This document shows positions 11,058 to 23,359 of a DNA stretch of 64,000 nucleotides, one piece after another (position 1 is the stretch's first letter; every line of letters begins with the position of its first letter). Origin of the DNA: Podarcis pityusensis. Taxonomy: Eukaryota. The DNA lies in the NCBI GenBank assembly GCA_964106645.2, contig OZ067038.1; one strand, 5' to 3'. The notes beneath the pieces are model-generated. The model was not told the DNA's origin and did no database searches. It saw only the letters and a program-made list of their open reading frames with translations. The position numbers and the translations under genes are program-made.

Positions 11058-11705
11058 TAGTGGCACTTTAAAAGACTTAATAGTTGTGTCATAAAGTTTC
11101 ATGGGCCAGAGCCCACTTTGTAGAATGCACAAAACTGCTTCCTTGGTTCACATGTAAAAGGGGGGGAAGCATTATAATGCAATGCAATCCTAGCAGAGTA
11201 GGTGCAAACTTTCCCAAATATTAACTGCCAAAAACAAGATGGTGAACAGGAACACCGAAAGTGGGACAGCTGTGAGAGAGGCACTCCCTAACTATACTGA
11301 GACATAAGTTAGGGTGTCAGATCTGAAAATGAATTCCAACTTGGCAACATCATTCTGGAGCCTCCCTTTGAAATCTTTTTTGTTCCAAAGTATGGTAACT
11401 TTATAAAGTCTCTTACACAACGGCCAGACAGACTCCTGTAACATGAAAGCTGCCATACTTTATTAGCAGTTGGGAATGCGCCACGCCCTAGCTGATTATA
11501 TCTTTCATCCTTTTGCCTGATTATTTGTGCTCTGCAGCATAATGTAGCACAACTTTCTCTTGTATTACTGAGCCCTCTGACTGTTGTGTGTTTCTGCACA
11601 GATGTACATCTCCACCCATTTAAGATAACACTTGGTACTATCTGACGAAGTGAGCTGTAGCTCATGACAGTTTTTTTCTGCAATAATTTTTTTAAAGGTA
11701 CAATT
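11058..11705 (-). mobile_element. Penelope-like retroelement relic: GIY-YIG endonuclease C-terminal part plus 3' terminal region, with an inverted terminal segment
   Basis: Minus-strand frames give SLSGRCVRDF and KVTILWNKKDFKGRLQNDVAKLEFIFRSDTL, resembling reptile PLE endonuclease ends. Hammerhead-like termini at 11097-11124 (-) and 11642-11669 (+). Confidence 0.65.
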
Positions 11706-12059
11706 AAACTGCTAAATTTTGTGTGGAGATTTGCATATTTACAAGAGGGCTTTGGGATGAAGGTTCGAGTGGTGTGCTAATTGCAGAAAAATATGCCTCT
11801 CTCCCTTTTTACTGGTTTCTTTTAAACTTTTATGTTAGCCTTTTTCTCTCTGCATCCCACAGCACCTCTTCTCCTGCTATACAGCCACAGGGCACCCTGA
11901 CCACCTCCTTCAGCCCACAGGTAAATCTGCACCACAATCTCTTTAACAATGCAATAGCCCAATTGAATCAGACCAATCACCCATCTCATCCAACATTCTG
12001 CTTCACACCATATTAAACCACCTGCCTCTAAGCAAGCCTGAGGACAGGAGAGTGACAGC

Positions 12060-12330
12060 CTTTTGCTGCTGTTAACCTAACAGCATTTAGTGGCATAATG
12101 TTTTGTGAAGACCAAGGCACCACTGTCAAACCTATTCTCCAGCCATCTAATGTAGCAACCATCACTGCCTTGGAGCAGTGAATGCCATACCTTTTAAGTA
12201 TGGATGAAGTGCTCCTTTTTAAAAAAATCTTCAATCTACTCCCCAGCAAAGTTCACTTGGGAATCCCAATTTCTGGTGTTGACAGAAAGGCAGTAAAGCT
12301 CATCCAACATTATGCATAACATTACAAGCT
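12060..12330 (-). mobile_element. Degraded CR1 LINE 3' fragment
   Basis: Peptide remnant GIHCSKAVMVATLDGWRIGL resembles the CR1 ORF2 C-terminus (WNxLPxxVVxAxSLDGFKxGLD). Confidence 0.5.
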
Positions 12331-14179
12331 TCTGCCATATTTTCTTACCCTCCCCCACCAATCTAAAAAGTTTACACACTGTAAGAGGCCCAGTCCTTGG
12401 CTGCCTTATCCGTTGACAGCTGGTAGCTGGTCCCAGATCCACTAGCAACCTTTGAATGCAGACACCTGCTGGTGTAATGATGTGTAGACAATCCCCCTCT
12501 TTTTTGTCTGGGTCCTACATATTCCCACAAAGGAGAAGAAATGGGTCACAAACAATGAGGTTTTGTCCTTCTGCCAAGGAAATAGTAAGCGGTCTGAAAT
12601 CTGCTACCAGGTCATGCTGTATGGCAGACATTCAACTTTTGCAGACCCAGGGCCCACTTTTAACTCAAACATGCATTTAGGGATCCATTTCTTAATCTCT
12701 TACCTTAATATATGCATGGTGGCACAGCTCCTGTTGCGACCCACCTTGGATCAGGCCCTGATGCACCAGCTGAAGACCAGTGGTGCATGGAACTATTATT
12801 TACATACATAAATATGCCTCAACATAAAACATCCACTGTATTGAACATTTTGGTTTACCTATATTGACAGCAGATACTAGCACTGAAGTAAATTGCAGAG
12901 CTCAAATGGTTTGAAACAATGATTAAATTCAACAAAAATTGTGGCTTTCCCTTCGAAACATAAGTCACAACAACAAAATCACATTCCATTCCTCCTTCTA
13001 AGATTTAGGCACAAGTAAGCTTAGATGGATTACAAGTGGCAGGTATCAAGGTAGGCAAGGTAAAGGAGTATTCTTTTGTAATTTGGGAAAAATTATGGCC
13101 CTGAAAGGTCTGCTTTGGTGGGGTTTCTTTCTTTTTTTGTGAAGGCTGCAAAAGAACTTGAGTGGTCCATAGGGCATAGCTGCTTCGCAGACCAATGTAT
13201 TCTATGCAAATACAGCCGTCTTTGTGGATATAACCATACCATACACACAGCTAGCTATGTTTTTAGTTTTAGTTTTAGTTTTGCAAGTCACAGAGATATC
13301 TGTGCTTCTGTCAAATGTTTTTGAGGCGTAAATAACACCTTTTTGAGTGATGGGAATGCTACCCATGCTCTTATCTTTGTCAAATGTACATTACTTTGAT
13401 TTCTATTTTTGATCAAGTATTATATTTCATTTTGTGGGCAGCTGTTTAACATGCAACACAGCCAATAGTTAAAAAATCTGTAGAACAGACAAATTAATGT
13501 TACGCAACTGGACTACTAACCATTAACTGGACTATTACCCAAGTAGACACCATCACCAATCATGTCTGTGGCACTTTTAATTAGCAAAGTGTGTTACAAT
13601 CTTTATTTGCGCCCTCACAACAACCCTGTGAGGTAGGTCACTGCTGTACTCCATTTTAAAAATTTGGAACTGGGATCAAAAATGATTTGCTCAGTGAGAA
13701 ACTATGGCAGAAGCAGACGATGGATCCAGATCTCCTGCCTAGTGTTTAGCCCTATTCTTTACTCATGACCACATCTGCTTTTTGGGGGTGGGGGTGGCAG
13801 ACTTACAAGCCTGGAAACATGGCAGCCTTCTTCAATGCTAACCATTAGCTTCTTGCAGCCAAAAGCCCAAATTGTTGACTGAAGCTCAACAAGTCACTCC
13901 CTGTTCATTGGTTTCCCTCTGCAACGGTGTGACTCAAACATAATTTTAAGTTAATTTCATAACAAAGCTACATCATTACTCTCCAAGGGGGTCTCTTGAA
14001 ATGTGGTATGACAAGACTTGCAGATTCTTAATGCGTCACTGTGTGAGAGGGGGAGGGTTCAGTCCGACAAGCCTGTGCAAAGCTGTACAGCTAGGCCAAT
14101 CCAACCTGTATTAGCAGAACCCATAATACTATTCTGTGCAGCAGTGTCAGAAAGAGATATTTAAAACAGAGTACCACAG

Positions 14180-14460
14180 TTCAAAAGAATATGAGACTTA
14201 TGAATACAAGGAGAAGCTAAAGGAGCTGAGTGTGTTCAGCTCACAGAAGATTAAGGGATGCTGTTGACCCTCTCAAAAATAGCAGACACAAAAGGGGTTA
14301 TAAAACAAAAAAAAGGGGGGGGGGGGACGACCAGATTTAAAATTATAGGAAAACTGCCAAGAGGAAAGGGCTGATCAGCAATGGAACCAGCTGCTTAGGC
14401 AAGTTGTAGAATCTTCTTCCTTAAAAGATCACCAAGGAAATGCTGGGAACGGAAGCTTAG
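14180..14460 (+). mobile_element. Degraded CR1 LINE 3' fragment
   Basis: AAGCTAAAGGAGCTGAGTGTGTTCAGC and GCAATGGAACCAGCTGCTTAGGCAAGTTGTAGAATCT are CR1 3' motifs. Confidence 0.5.
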
Positions 14461-17400
14461 AAGGTCATCAGTTTCAAGTAAGGACCCTCTGCACAATCAC
14501 TTACAATACTGCAGTTGTTTTTCACACAGCACCATCTATGTGTATGGCATGTTATAAAGTACAGGTCTGACATGCCCTTATCCCAAGCAGCCTTCAATCT
14601 AAAAAAAGGCCAAGAACAGAGGCAGGGGCAGATGAGGGAAGAATATGCAGTTATCACAATTATATGTACTTCAGGTGGGAGGGGGACCTAATAAAATCTC
14701 CAAATCAAACTGCCAGCAGAGCCCATAGTTCCAAACAACTAAAGGAGCATCCCATAGGGGAAGCCTCCACCCTCTCTATCCCTGACAAAATACACCATGT
14801 GTTCCTCCCCCACCCCCAATCCCAGTATGAGGCTGTGTCTAGCTGCTATATGTTGAGCAGAAATTCAACAGGGACAATTTTCATAATTTCTGTGCAAGTT
14901 GTAGCAGAAACTGGTTGAGGCTGTCTCTTCCAACTTACACTGCATGCAGATTTGCCGGTATGGAAGTGTACCATGGCAATGCGCACTGTTGTGGAAGTTA
15001 GTCTTGTCTCCTAGCAAAAAGGCAAATGAACAGCAGCTAGTGAGAAGCCAGGGTTCCCAAGATCACTTGAATTAGAATTTATTACAGAGCAGTCTAATGA
15101 GTCCCACCCACAGGCTATTAGAATTACTGGTAAGCCTTTCTACAATCCTACTAGTCTTCACCAGGAACTCCCTTTTCTTGAAGACTGCCTGCTATAGGAT
15201 TATAGCCTGCTTTCATGAAGGTGTCTGTCAGATGCTTAGTCGCCATTACTGTACTACCACAGCCTTACTCAGCTCTTCCAGATGATGAGCAGGTATTGGG
15301 AGATACAAACTAGGTTCAAAGGCTTCTCCTTGAGGCAAAGTAAGCAACATCAAGGCTCTGGTTCAGAACTGATGACTCTTGCTGTCATCAACAAGACGCA
15401 GAACACTTAAAAGAGCCGCTGAAGAGCTTAAGCACACATTCTGGGATAATTTAAACTAACTCACCGAGGTGGAAACATCTATGGAAACTGAATCACTCTA
15501 GAAGGACCAAGCAGGCCTAAAGCCATTACTGCTGTAGCCGGTTCTGAGCCAAGCCCCTTCCTTAGTCTCTAAAGTAGAAGAATTAAGGAGAATCTGTTTC
15601 CATAGTTAATAAAAGAGTGAATGAAATAAAGCACTGACTTTCTGAATGAACATCATGGTTGTTATTAGCACTTATGACATATATATATTTTAAATGTTTA
15701 TCTACCAGAAATTAGAAATCATATTATGTGGATGTATACAAACAGCAATTGTGCGTGTTTATTTATTTAATGCACTTTTATACTCTACCCTTGTTCTATA
15801 AAGCATCACTCAGGGCTCTTTTACCTTCTATATAAACGGTACTATTTAAGTAATATTGGCATGTCAATAACTTTCCCACACTGGAATCAAAGAGAAGCAT
15901 GGGTTTAATACTGAAATCAAGGGGATTTTGTTGTGCCTTGTTTTGGCTGGATTAAGACATCTCACCTGGCAACTGTTGCCATATAGATAGCTGCATCACT
16001 TGCTCATAGCTTTCTCCAAAGTCCTTTAGATTCCTTTTCTGTAAAATTCTATTATTTGAATATAAAAATTACCGGCTGTAGTTGAGCCACATGCTCCTCA
16101 CAAGAAGTGGTTTTCCAACCATCTGTATCACAACTGCAGGGTAAGGAGGATCTATATATGCTTGATGTCCTATATTTGAATGTAGTAAAGATGGAAATTT
16201 CACTAATAACATAGAACTTCAATTCCCAAGCCTCATTTGGAATGCTGTGCAGTTTTATCAATTGAGATGGAACACAGTTTAGAATGTAGCAAGTGCAGTT
16301 GAGGGTTATTTACATTATTTTTGTTTTAATGGCATTTTTAATTTGTTTTTCCCCCTTTTATATTGCAAGCCACTTTGAGGCCTAGCCCTCAACCTAGCAT
16401 ATAATATGAAAAAATATTAGAACAAGAAAGCTTAGGTTCTGAGATTAGGCTTTTTAGCCCCACAAAAAGATGGCAAAAATACACTTGTACTTTAAATGCA
16501 TAATACATTAAGGATAAAGAAAAACATTAGCACAAAATGGTTCAGCAATAAATTCAGCTTTGTGATTAGAACGTTACTTGTTAGAAAAGAGCTACATGAA
16601 TTTCAAGCTTATCAATTAATATAATGAAATAAGGTAAGTTGTAATCACTCTTAATTGTTTCAGGTAGTGGCTGACAAAAATCTCCCCCTTGCTTTCTGAC
16701 ATGACAAAGAACTGTAATTAGAAATGCTGAACTGGAAAGGCTGCTGAACATTAAAACTCACCCCATTCAAAAAACTGGATTTAATCCTAACTTCCACACT
16801 TAAGGATGGACGTTCCCCTCCCTTACTTTATTTGCTGGCAATCTTAACTGCTTCGTATTTTTTTCACAGTAGCACATCTTCTTTCATAACAGATAATTTT
16901 ACGAGCCCCCAATATAGTACTATAGTCCACTCAAAGGATGCTGACTGGAAATATTTGCTTTGGTTCAGGAGAGAACTGTTGTACTTCCACTTTCTATCTG
17001 CTTTAAAGTCATAACAACATTGAAGTACAGTTTTTATTCCTCCTCCTCCTGGCTTTTGAAACCATCTGCCAGACTATGTAAGCACGGTTACACCTTCTAT
17101 TAGTACACTCCTTTTAGGACTCTTCTCTGTCTCACAACATCATCTTGCAAGCTACCTTCAAAAAGTCTTGCTGTCAATATTAACATGCTATAACACTTGC
17201 TATCAAAAACTGTGCCGTATATCAAGGTTAACAAACAGTATTTTAAATTCAGAAAAATATTATTTTCAAGCCCTGAAAATGAAGTTAGTGGGGGGGAACT
17301 ATTTTTTTCTGTATGAGGTGCAGTCACCTTAGAGCACTTGTATGATCAAAGAAATCTCCAGAGGTTCAAGATTAAGAGGCAAGCTACATGGACCACTACT

Positions 17401-18262
17401 TACACAGAAGGAATTAATGTACATCCTTCTCTAACAACTGCAGCAGGATTTGGACTGTGTTGGGCCGGGAGGGGAAGTTTAACACTTTCCCTGCTGAAGC
17501 CTGCTATTTGCATCAGAAGGGAAGTGCTAACAGAACTTCCCTCCTCAAATGAAGAGCACTTACAGGGAGGGCTTTCTGGCAGAAATGTGGCTGAGAGGGG
17601 CAGGGAAATCACCATTCTGATCTTGCTTCACCCCCCCCCCCCCGGTGCATGTTTACTCCTTTAATACAATGTCACATAGGTGGGATGGAACTATGTTCAA
17701 TAGTTTTCTTTCAGTTACTCAACAGAAACATATCACTTAGATTCCCCCGTGGTTGATGGCTTGGTTTTCTTGCTTGAATTTGCTGGGATGTATTTGCTCT
17801 GCAATGACCTTGTGTGGGGCATATGAGCTATGCTTATGGTTTGGGTTCCAAAGCATAATACAGTTGGTGAAGGATGGCCTTTGTTTCGTACAGGAGATGT
17901 GTAATAAATGACGGTTGCTTCTTTTCCACTGCCTGAAGATGTTCATTCTAGATGCAACTACTTTCTGAACCAGTCCTCCATTGTAAGCCTCCTCTGTAAC
18001 GAGGTTTGGAATGTAGACGACTGAATGAGCATTCCTCACTTACCTTCTTGGGAAACCTTTTGCACCAGCTCTGGGAATCAGCCCAATGCCTGCAGTTTGA
18101 ATTACCAAGGATCAGAAGCTAGTAATGTCCTTCCTACGGAACCATTTTGGGTGGCACGGCAAGCAATACTGAAGGACAACCACCAGGACTTCTCTCCTCC
18201 CCAGGTTAACAAAACAAAACAAAACTACACAAGCATGGAGGGAGTGGCTCATTATATAATTT

Positions 18263-18268
18263 TTTATT
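18263..18268 (-). terminator. ZDHHC5 polyadenylation signal; implies a ~1.5 kb 3'UTR
   Basis: AATAAA on the - strand followed about 35-55 nt downstream by GTGTAGTTTTGTTTTGTTTTGTT, a GU/U-rich downstream element. Confidence 0.7.
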
Positions 18269-19785
18269 CCTCATTTTAAAATGGCTAGTCATAATAAAAA
18301 TAAAAGTGTGGCCCATTGCAGGCCACAGTAAAGATATTGCCATAGAGAAAGAGTCAGTAGCGACTGGAGATTGTTGGATTCCTGGGTTGCTCTGATTTTT
18401 ACTCATGGGCTTTTAGGGGTTAAAAGATTTTTGGCATATGGAAAAATATTGCTTTTTGGTTTGTTTGTTTTCCCTCTTCTTTCTCTTGCCCAGTTTGTGA
18501 ATAAAGAACCATGATACCACAATAAATCAATATGGAACAAATCATAAAAGCAATGTAAAAAAGCAGGGGAAACCACCTGGGGGAGGGATTTACTAAATAC
18601 AAGTAATATATCCACATAGGCGACACAGCTCCAATGCCACTGCCACCCTCCTCCTGCTCAGCACCCAAAGCACGTTCCTGTATCCTAATAGTATGCAACT
18701 GGCACCTGTGCATGCTGATTGGCCTGGTTTGTAGGGTATGGCATCCTTTCACTGGGAGTCATTTTACTGAGAAGTCAAAGCCTGTCTGGAGCTGAAAACA
18801 TGGGAAGCCAAACACTCCCATAGTCTTCTTAAACCCCCCAAGCCCCCCAGAAAAGAAGGATTTATTCATGGGGAAAATCTTCCAGAAGGATAGAGCAGGG
18901 ATTAGGAAGCCTTTGTCTATTCCCTTCATTTCCTGGAATCCAGAGTGGGGCAGAACAAGCCAAACTCAAGCCTGGCCACAGGCACTGGGATGACCAGGTC
19001 AGTGGTACCAATTAGGTAACATATTAGCATTTCCTCAGCCATACTTGTCCAAGGATAGTGATTTAACAGCAGTTTTTGTATTTTGCCTGACCCATTCAAA
19101 AGTAAACAAAATGATTAATCTGATACAGCCCTTTGGACTCCTCAAAAATTAAAATGCTCCACACATGGCTTCCTCAGGCCCAGCTAATGGGGTCTGACAG
19201 GGCCACCCCACGCTCCATATGGATATATATATATATTTTAATATTTATATTTATATATTTATAGATATTTATATATACACACACCCAGTAACTCAGAACA
19301 GGAAAAAATAGCATCCGTTAACAATAAAAAAAAAATTAAAAATGATCCACTCCTACCGCACTAGGCGAGCGATTGCACAAGGTCCACAACTGACTGTCCT
19401 GTTGGTAGTGGGGCAGCCTGCAGCCTGTACCTTCTCTCACAGAGGGTGCTGAGAGCAACTCCCTCCCCTTCTCTCTGGGCAGTGTGCGCTACAAATTGCA
19501 GTCTCTTTGTTGGTTGAGAGGAAGAGTGCAGGCTGTGGAGATGAGCAAGGCTAGAATCCTGCTGTAGTGTTTAGGGACTCTCCCAATCCCAGATACTTTA
19601 GTTTAAAAAGGTAGCTGTCCCTTCAGCTCTCCCCCCCACCCCCCCACAAAACTGTATTTGTAAAAAAAAGGTCCATGCATCTGATGGGGCAACCATTTGG
19701 TGAGCAAGTCCCAATCTCCTGCTCATCAGGGATAGAGCATTTTGGAATCAGCCAGGGAGGAGTCAACAGTGGGGATATCACCTCC

Positions 19786-19951
19786 TCATACAGAGATCTC
19801 ATACGTAGTCCCACCCACTCCAGAGACCTTCTTGACTCCTCCACGAGTGGGGCTGCTGAGAGGTGGCTGACCAGGGGTGGGCGAGGTTGAGCTCAGGCTT
19901 TTGGGCTGTCCATTGGACTTGCTGTAGGAGGGTCTCATCTGCATCTCGTCT
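19786..19951 (-). CDS. ZDHHC5: ZDHHC5 last coding exon: [17 protein letters not shown]...[11 protein letters not shown]-stop (PDZ-binding EISV terminus)
   Basis: TTTCCCCAG acceptor, TGA at 19788-19786. Total CDS is 2178 nt = 725 aa. Confidence 0.96.
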
Positions 19952-20181
19952 CTGGGGAAAAGGAAGGATACAAGGATGTCAGGAAGTGACCACTCATTCA
20001 ATGGCAATGGAAATGGAGGATGCCTCACACTCGGTAAGGAAAGGAAAGCTTGGGATACATCTTACACTGCTTAAGGAACAGCGCACTTTTTGTATCTACA
20101 GAGAACTTATTCTAAATACTTTTACCACCCAGGTAAACACACTAATCTAGAAGAGGATAAGATACTACACACAGAGAATTA

Positions 20182-20520
20182 CAGTGGTGCCCCGCAAGAC
20201 GAATGCCTCACAAGATGGAAAACCCGCTAGACGAAAGGGTTTTCCGTTTTTGAGTTGCTTCGCAGGACGAATTTCCCTATGGGCTTGCTTCGCAAGACGA
20301 AAATGTCTTGCGAGTCTTGAGATTTTTTTTCGCTCCCCCCCCCCTTTTTCTAAGCCACTAAGCCGCTAATAGCCTTTTAGCAGCTAAGCCGCTAAGCCTT
20401 TAATAGCCGCTAAACCGCTAATAGCGCTAATCTGCTAATAGGGTTGCTTCACAAGACGAAAAAACCGCTAGACGAAGACACTCGCGGAACGGATTAATTT
20501 CGCCTTGCGAGGCACCACTG
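20182..20520. mobile_element. Tc1/mariner (Tigger-like) MITE in the last ZDHHC5 intron
   Basis: TA|CAGTGGTGCCCCGCAAG ... CTTGCGAGGCACCACTG|TA, with internal (C)GCAAGACGAA and AAGCCGCTAA repeats. CpGs are retained, suggesting a young copy. Confidence 0.85.
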
Positions 20521-20967
20521 TACTAAGAAACGATGCTACATGTACCCAATACAACACTCTCTAGAAGGGAAAAAAAAAGGAGGTGCAGTGGGAAGAAAGC
20601 TTTTCAGGAAACTGACAGAAGGGCTCATGCTTCCACCATCATGAGAGGAGCAGGTGATTTCTTACAATCTGTCCTTTCCCTGGTGGACCCAAGTGTCTCT
20701 TTCATGCATGCCAACAAGACAGGGAAAAGGACCACACTTGGGTAAGGTTGAAAGGCAGACTCATATATAAAAGTTTTATATATGAGGTAGAAACCAAGCA
20801 GCTTTCACACAGATCCAGGTATCTTCTAGGAAAGCCAATGGCCATCACACACACCCAAGGAAAGTAGGGGTGTTCAAAGCCACACACACTTCACAAAAAG
20901 GAATGTGGCACTCTGGAGATATGCACTGCATTGTATAGTGGAGGAAATGGGCTGGTTCACACACTGG

Positions 20968-21010
20968 AGGGAAGGAAGGAAAGGAGGGAGGGAGGAAGGA
21001 AGGAAGGAAA
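20968..21010. repeat. (GGAA/GGAG)n purine microsatellite
   Basis: Read directly from the sequence. Confidence 0.8.
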
Positions 21011-21195
21011 AGGCAGACGAGTGCAGGCATTATTTGTAGATCTCCCCCAGCTACTCCCTCCAAATGATGCTGAAAGGAACAAAAATTATCTTGGGGTCTC
21101 TGGTCAGATCAGAGACAGGACAGGGTTGAATGCGGCTCATCCTCCACCAAGTCAAGGAACACTTAAAGCGCGAGGCAGGTGTCACTTGTACTTAC

Positions 21196-22085
21196 TTTGG
21201 TGCCAGTAAAGGCTGCAAGGCCACCTCCTCAGTCTCTGGGACAATGGCCTGCGAGGACTGTTTTTGGCTGCTGTAAGACACAGATTTGCCCAAGTGTGGG
21301 GCTGCAGGCTGGTCTGGTGAGCCCAGAGAGCGCACTCTGAGTGCATGTGGTGGTTCTGGCTTGCCAAAGCGAGGTGGCACTGGGCGGGTGAGTGGGTTCT
21401 TGCCCAGAGGTGAGCGTTTTGAATCGTCCGAGGAGGAGCTGGTACGTGGAGCATTACTGGAGCCTGGGGTGGACTGGATGCCTGAGTCCCCCAGTGCTGT
21501 ATCCTCCTCTTTGGCCAGGGGTGGTGGCGTGGGTGACTGCTGTAGCAGCTTCTCCCGCTCCTGCATGGAGGCCACAATGTGGCGTGAAAGATTGTCATAA
21601 CGGACAGGTGAAGGGTCACGGGGTGGCTGGTGCTTGGGTGAGCCAGAACTTGGGAAACGACTGTGCAGGTCAGCCTCCCGTTGCTGGGCAATACGTGCCG
21701 AGAGGAAAGGAGATGTGTAGCCCATGGGGGCCTCTGGCTCTGGGCCTGCCTGCACTGACTCAAAGTCAGGGCTGTCAGAGGGTGTGAGAAGACTGTCGTA
21801 GGACAAGCTCCCATTGCGTGTCTGGTTCACCAAGCTCTTGTAAGATGTGGATGTGGTGCCCTCGGAGCGGATCGACTGAAGATGGCCCAATTCAAAGCCC
21901 ATGCCTTGGGCAGACTTGAGGCTGGACGAACGGGAGCCACTGGATAGCGGATCAAAATGGAAACTTTTGCCAAAAGTAGGAGACCGAAAACTCTCTGGCT
22001 CCAGACTTGGCTCAGAACGGTAGCTGGGGTTTCGACTGCCCTCAGCAATGGAGGTTGCCTCCTTCAAGCTGTCTCCTCGGCTTAG
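21196..22085 (-). CDS. ZDHHC5: ZDHHC5 coding exon 10 (890 nt): LSRGDSLKE...RYDNLSRHI...ALQPLLAP(K); Ser/Pro-rich cytoplasmic tail
   Basis: TGCAG acceptor, GTAAGT donor, contains the YDNL endocytic motif; covered by ORF 21192..22118. Confidence 0.96.
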
Positions 22086-22922
22086 CTGCAGCAGGAGAGA
22101 AGGAGGGAAGAGGAACATATGTAATAGTCATTAGCAAGCCTCCTGGGCTGTGGATATTAATTCATAACTATTGGGTGCAGAGTTTGCTTTCTCAAAGCTC
22201 CCATAAGCAAGGACCTCTGCTTAATGTAAATGAAGTTCCCACATTTCTTGATGCAGAAACCTCATTTTTTCAAAAAACATTGTAAACACAATTATGTAAG
22301 CTAGATAATCAAGTTATTACTTATTAAGAGTCAATGTGGTGTAACAGACTGTTAGACTTGGACCTTGGTTTAAATCCTCCCCAAAGCTGTAAATTTCACT
22401 GTGTGCCATTGGCTCAGTCGCATTTCTTCATCTAACCTATTTCACAGGATTGCTTTATACATAAGGATTGAACCTGGGATCTTCTGCTTCCAAGCATATA
22501 TTCTACCACTGAGGTATACAGACCATTCCTTATATAAAGTAGAAGAACCTCATTTACTTCACTCAGAGCTCCACTAAGGGTATTTACAAATGTAAAAAGA
22601 AATTCATTTTTTGGGGGGGAGGTGTGTGTCTTATTTAATAAATCATTACTTCACTGATCAAATTCTAGCCAGCCATGGAAGATGAATTAAGAGTTTAATA
22701 GGGGAGCATTTACACTTATTCACCATTGCATCTAACATCAAGCTGAAGTGGCTGAGTGCCAGTAATTTGGAAGTGAAATAGAGCCAACCCAAGATAAGGT
22801 AATGGTTTCTACATACTAATGGGACTCCCTAGGTAGGAAGGAATACATGCAATAAAAGAAAAGGCAATGCTTACAGAGCCTGAAAGGATCTTAGCTTCCA
22901 CATTTACAAGAAGGGCCTAAAT

Positions 22923-23296
22923 CAGGGTGGATAACCTGTGGCTTATATCTAACCCACAAAATGATTTTTGTGCTCCCTCAAGACTACCCTCAAAACCTGA
23001 CAAAAAATTTTTTTTGACTGATCACTCTTGTTCCCTCCTCCGTGCTGCCATTATACCATAAAGTTTTTGAGCCCCCGTTCAAAGATTTGTCCATTAAAAA
23101 AAAAAAAGGAATAATAAAAAGTATTTAGAATATCATACAATAACTGAAAGGAAATCCTTTTGGAAGGCAGTCTCGAGAACTACAATTCTCACCACAACTA
23201 CTTTTACAAATTGGCCACACCCACTTTGAAATGTGGTCCGAAGAGTTGCTAATGGGTCAATACAGCCCTTGGCCTAAACAAGATTAGCTACTCTTG
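22923..23296. mobile_element. Old hAT MITE
   Basis: CAGGGTGGATAACCT ... AGATTAGCTACTCTTG termini with an imperfect 8-bp TSD GCCTAAAT/GACTAAAA. Confidence 0.5.
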
Positions 23297-23359
23297 GACT
23301 AAAATGAACCACAAGTTGGGCACTCATAATGATTCTAACTAGTTTATGCTTGAGAACTT

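Noticed and set aside
20182-20520. CRISPR-like spaced repeats (GCAAGACGAA)
   Set aside because: Irregular spacing, inside a TA-flanked TIR element in a vertebrate intron, and no cas genes.
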